64,000 nucleotides of DNA from Candidatus Neptunichlamydia sp. (GTDB lineage: Bacteria > Chlamydiota > Chlamydiia > Chlamydiales > Simkaniaceae). Of this stretch, positions 60,991-64,000 are shown piece after piece. The position numbers and the translations under genes were made by a program. The DNA lies in NCBI GenBank assembly GCA_965233865.1, contig OZ247587.1:96001-160000 (forward strand), given 5' to 3'. Within the stretch, counting starts at the first letter, position 1. Each line of letters opens with the position of its first letter. The notes beneath the pieces were generated by a model. It was not told the origin of the DNA. It saw only the letters and a list, made by a program, of their open reading frames with translations, and ran no database searches.

Positions 60991-61087
60991 TATGTTCTAG
61001 AAATCGATCTTCAGATGATCCCTCGACTTCACATGAGGGATTAATAAACCACATCGTGGAAATCCGCGAGGAATATCCAAGTTTAGT

Positions 61088-61671
61088 TTATCTCTTTATA
61101 GATCTAAAACTAAGAAAATTAGACAATGAATGCGCTACTATTGGCGAAGCAATGCTACCTGTGGCTTCTATAAGCCCATTGAACACTATTCCTGAAGCAA
61201 AAAGAGGGGGACACATGCGTATATTTGCCCTCAAAGAGTTCCTAGAATCGTAATGAATCATGGTAAAAATCACAGAATTTATTGACATTCTTTTTGCCTT
61301 AGAACCCCAGGTCTCTTTTCCGTTTTGTTCGAGGTCGAAATCAATTTGAGTTTGTCTCATAAGCCCTCTAAATACAAACTCTTCTAGAATCGGATATAAA
61401 GCTACCATACGGATCCCCAATAAGGAAGGTTGTCTTAGAGATTGTGAATTGTTTTTTACCCATCCTTGTAGCTCAACACCGGAAAAATAGGAGCTTTTGT
61501 CAACTTTACTAAAATACCATTGATCAGACCTATGAATGAAAAAACCAGCAGATAATCCTGAAAAAAAAGAGTATTTTGGATCACCAAATGTTGCTCAGGG
61601 AAAAAGTCTTTTTTGACTGTCTTGAATGGAATCCATAACCCTGTATCTATTTTTTAAAGTGAGAGTTGCAT
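61088..61671 (-). pseudogene. CPBP/Abi (CAAX protease) family pseudogene
   Basis: PILEEFVFRG, FTMIH, AHSLSN motifs in 61088-61420; upstream part broken by stops and frameshifts. Confidence 0.7.
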
Positions 61672-61799
61672 GTTTACAGTAGAATTAAAAGGTTTTATCC
61701 TATTTATGGCTATCAGTCAACAACTTATTGACCTGAGTTTGGAGTGTATCAGCGTGAAAACCAAGTAGGTAAATAAATTTTTGATAAAAAAAAGATTTT

Positions 61800-61954
61800 G
61801 TACATGGCAAAAAATACCTGAAACGCTTACATTGAAGCAATGTGCTCGTTCATAGTTGAACGCATCCGGGTGTTCTCTATCAATTTTTATTGTAGGCCTA
61901 CCCTAATAGTGCGTTTTGGCTCCAATTTCTTAGGCCATTGCTCTCATGCCGTAC
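61800..61954. ncRNA. candidate structured ncRNA (rod-like, 6S-like shape)
   Basis: Nested complementary segments visible by eye (see finding). Confidence 0.3.
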
Positions 61955-62119
61955 CAGTTCAGCGCGGGTCGCAGCAAAAAAATATGATACGTTAAGTAAT
62001 TTATATCCAGTATACTATGGAAAACTTGGTTTTTTATTAATAAAATTTTTTAACAACAATCGGTATGCAATGTTTCATTAATTTTGACACTTTTTCTATA
62101 TAGAAGGTATCATTAACGC

Positions 62120-64000
62120 ATGACAATCGTGTGGACCTTTATCTTTCTTATGGCTCTTCCCTCTCTCTGCGTGCGTTTTTCTATTTTGCACAGAAATCAG
62201 CCTGCCCGAATATCTCTTCTCTTCTCCTTTTTCACAGGGATTTGTCAAGACTTTTTTGTTGCTTTTCAGCAGCTTTTTTTATTGGTTTTAATGCAGTCGA
62301 TCCTTCCCGTAGACTCTGTATATTTATTTTGGGTTTTTGTTATTTGTTCATCTTTGCTTCAAATGCATCTTATTTTTGACGCGTTCTTGCATCGGAAAAC
62401 GGCAATCCGAATGGAGGTATCTTTCTTTTCTCTTTTTAACGATGCGCGGTGTTTTTGGGATTCTGCAAAGGAGAAAAAGGTGTGGCGTTTTCTCCCGGGA
62501 GCTTTACTTTTCCTTTCGTTGCCAGTTTATACCTATTGGCATTGTTGGGGGGAGGTGCAAAATCTTACCTTTGAGGTGGAGTGGCTTAAATTCGGGGGTG
62601 TTTTGGCACTTTTTGCAATCCTAGGCCACTCCTTTCTTCCTAAAAAAATGGCTTATGCAACTGACCATATTGTTTTTCAGCATGAGGTGTGGTTTGTCAG
62701 AAAGTTGCTTAGGTTTATAAAGCGAAAAAATGACAGGACCGATTTGAGTTATTTAGTAAGAGCACGGTTTCAAAATGAGAATGAAAAGATGCATGCCCCA
62801 TCTTCTGAATACCCACTATTCAAGTATACGCAGGGTTTCAATGGAAAGAAGGTCTTCGATATAAAAATAGGTGAAGATGAGCGTCCCCATGTGATTTTTC
62901 TTTTTTTAGAATCATTTCGTTCTCATAATGTTGGCGCACTTGGTTCAGAAAGAGGCGTCACGCCCCATTTTGACCGCCTCTCAAAGGAAGGAATTCTATT
63001 TACGGACTTTTATGCTAACTCTGTGAGAACCTCTCGCTCAGTTGTTTCCTCATTATTTGGAATTCCATCCGATGTTGATGGATCTGAAGCGGCAGCACAA
63101 GCAAAAGCTCCCTTTATTGGGATACCTCAACTCATGCAAGAAGCGGGATATCAAACAAGCTACCTTCATAACGGTCCTATAGAATTTGAAAAGCAGGACG
63201 CCTTCTTTGATTTGCATGGATACGATGCAATTCATGGGAGGGATACAATGATAAAGTCTTTTCCAAAAGCGCATAACTCAAGTTGGGGGCTCCCAGATGA
63301 GTGTTTGATGCATTATGCAGCAGATTTTTTTGGTGAACGGCAAGCAGCGCCTCAATTCTTAACGCTCTTTTCAATTACAAACCATCACCCTTGGAACCTT
63401 CCTACCCATTATCAACCTCCAGCCTTTCCTCCTGGAATTTCTCGGACTTATCGAAAGTACCTCAATACGTTTCACTATACCGATGCGTGTTTAGGGCTGC
63501 TCGTTGAATTGCTTGAGGAAAAAGGACTCTTGAAAAATACACTTCTTTTTGTCCTGGGAGACCATGGGTATCCGATGGGAGAGCATAACAACTTTATAGA
63601 ACAGAGATACCTTTATGAAGAGAATATTCGTGTTCCATTAATGGTTTATGGAAAGGGAAGAATTCTTGAACCAAAAAGAATTACAGCCCCATGTAGTCAA
63701 CTTGACTTGGTGCCTACCGTGATGGATATCTTAGGGCTCCATGGTTTTAATTTATCGATTGGCCACTCTCTCATGAGAGAGTGTGGAGAACGTCCGATTT
63801 TCTTTCACAATCCCTATGTGTTTAAAAACTTTGGATGTCGCGTAGGAAAATACAAGTTTGTCTACACAAGAATTTCTCAGGAACTTGAGCTCTATAATTT
63901 GGAAAAGGATCCTGGTGAAAAAGAAAATATCGCTCCACAGAACCCTGAACTAGCGCGTCAGTTTTTGCAGAGTGTAAAAGACTATGAACGCTTATTCCAT
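62120..64000 (+). CDS. LTA synthase/sulfatase-family membrane protein (partial; runs off the window)
   Basis: Frame from ATG62120: TM N-terminus, PHVIFLFLESFR, TPHFDRL, ANSVRTSRS, TNHHPW, GDHG. Confidence 0.88.
   Translation, partial: MTIVWTFIFLMALPSLCVRFSILHRNQPARISLLFSFFTGICQDFFVAFQQLFLLVLMQSILPVDSVYLFWVFVICSSLLQMHLIFDAFLHRKTAIRMEVSFFSLFNDARCFWDSAKEKKVWRFLPGALLFLSLPVYTYWHCWGEVQNLTFEVEWLKFGGVLALFAILGHSFLPKKMAYATDHIVFQHEVWFVRKLLRFIKRKNDRTDLSYLVRARFQNENEKMHAPSSEYPLFKYTQGFNGKKVFDIKIGEDERPHVIFLFLESFRSHNVGALGSERGVTPHFDRLSKEGILFTDFYANSVRTSRSVVSSLFGIPSDVDGSEAAAQAKAPFIGIPQLMQEAGYQTSYLHNGPIEFEKQDAFFDLHGYDAIHGRDTMIKSFPKAHNSSWGLPDECLMHYAADFFGERQAAPQFLTLFSITNHHPWNLPTHYQPPAFPPGISRTYRKYLNTFHYTDACLGLLVELLEEKGLLKNTLLFVLGDHGYPMGEHNNFIEQRYLYEENIRVPLMVYGKGRILEPKRITAPCSQLDLVPTVMDILGLHGFNLSIGHSLMRECGERPIFFHNPYVFKNFGCRVGKYKFVYTRISQELELYNLEKDPGEKENIAPQNPELARQFLQSVKDYERLFH

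Noticed and set aside
62131..63374. small ORFs suggesting a fragmented gene
   Set aside because: They are alternative frames inside the gene starting at 62120

Overview
Chromosomal window from a Chlamydiota bacterium, most likely an environmental, Simkaniaceae-like lineage. This is inferred from the smpB-dnaN-recF order, dapL-type lysine/DAP genes, an NTT-like transporter and an expanded OppA family. Housekeeping content includes cysD/cysN, hemH, a cyclophilin, dapB-dapA-asd-dapL, ddl, gshF, EmrAB plus outer-membrane factor, holA, an RsmI-like methylase, recF, dnaN, smpB, a GuaB/GuaC-family enzyme, APC permeases, an HD hydrolase, malic enzyme and a sulfatase/LTA-synthase-like gene running off the right edge. 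Mobile DNA is abundant: IS5, a degenerate IS3, an IS256 fragment, IS200, IS630 remnants, two MITEs, a group II intron maturase scar and a tRNA-Ser 3' half (att-like). The best candidate for an undescribed system is 17.8-29.4 kb: a 1159-aa signal-less OppA-domain fusion, a small SH2-like protein with a decayed duplicate, a MATE exporter, two OppA lipoproteins without permeases, and gshF. Other oddities are a K+ channel with an HCN-like CIGYG filter, a beta-lactamase-fold protein lacking SxxK, CysN with a dead APS-kinase domain, a birA-like gene broken by stacked insertions, and a rod-like ncRNA candidate at about 61.8 kb. All calls are by eye; no searches were run.
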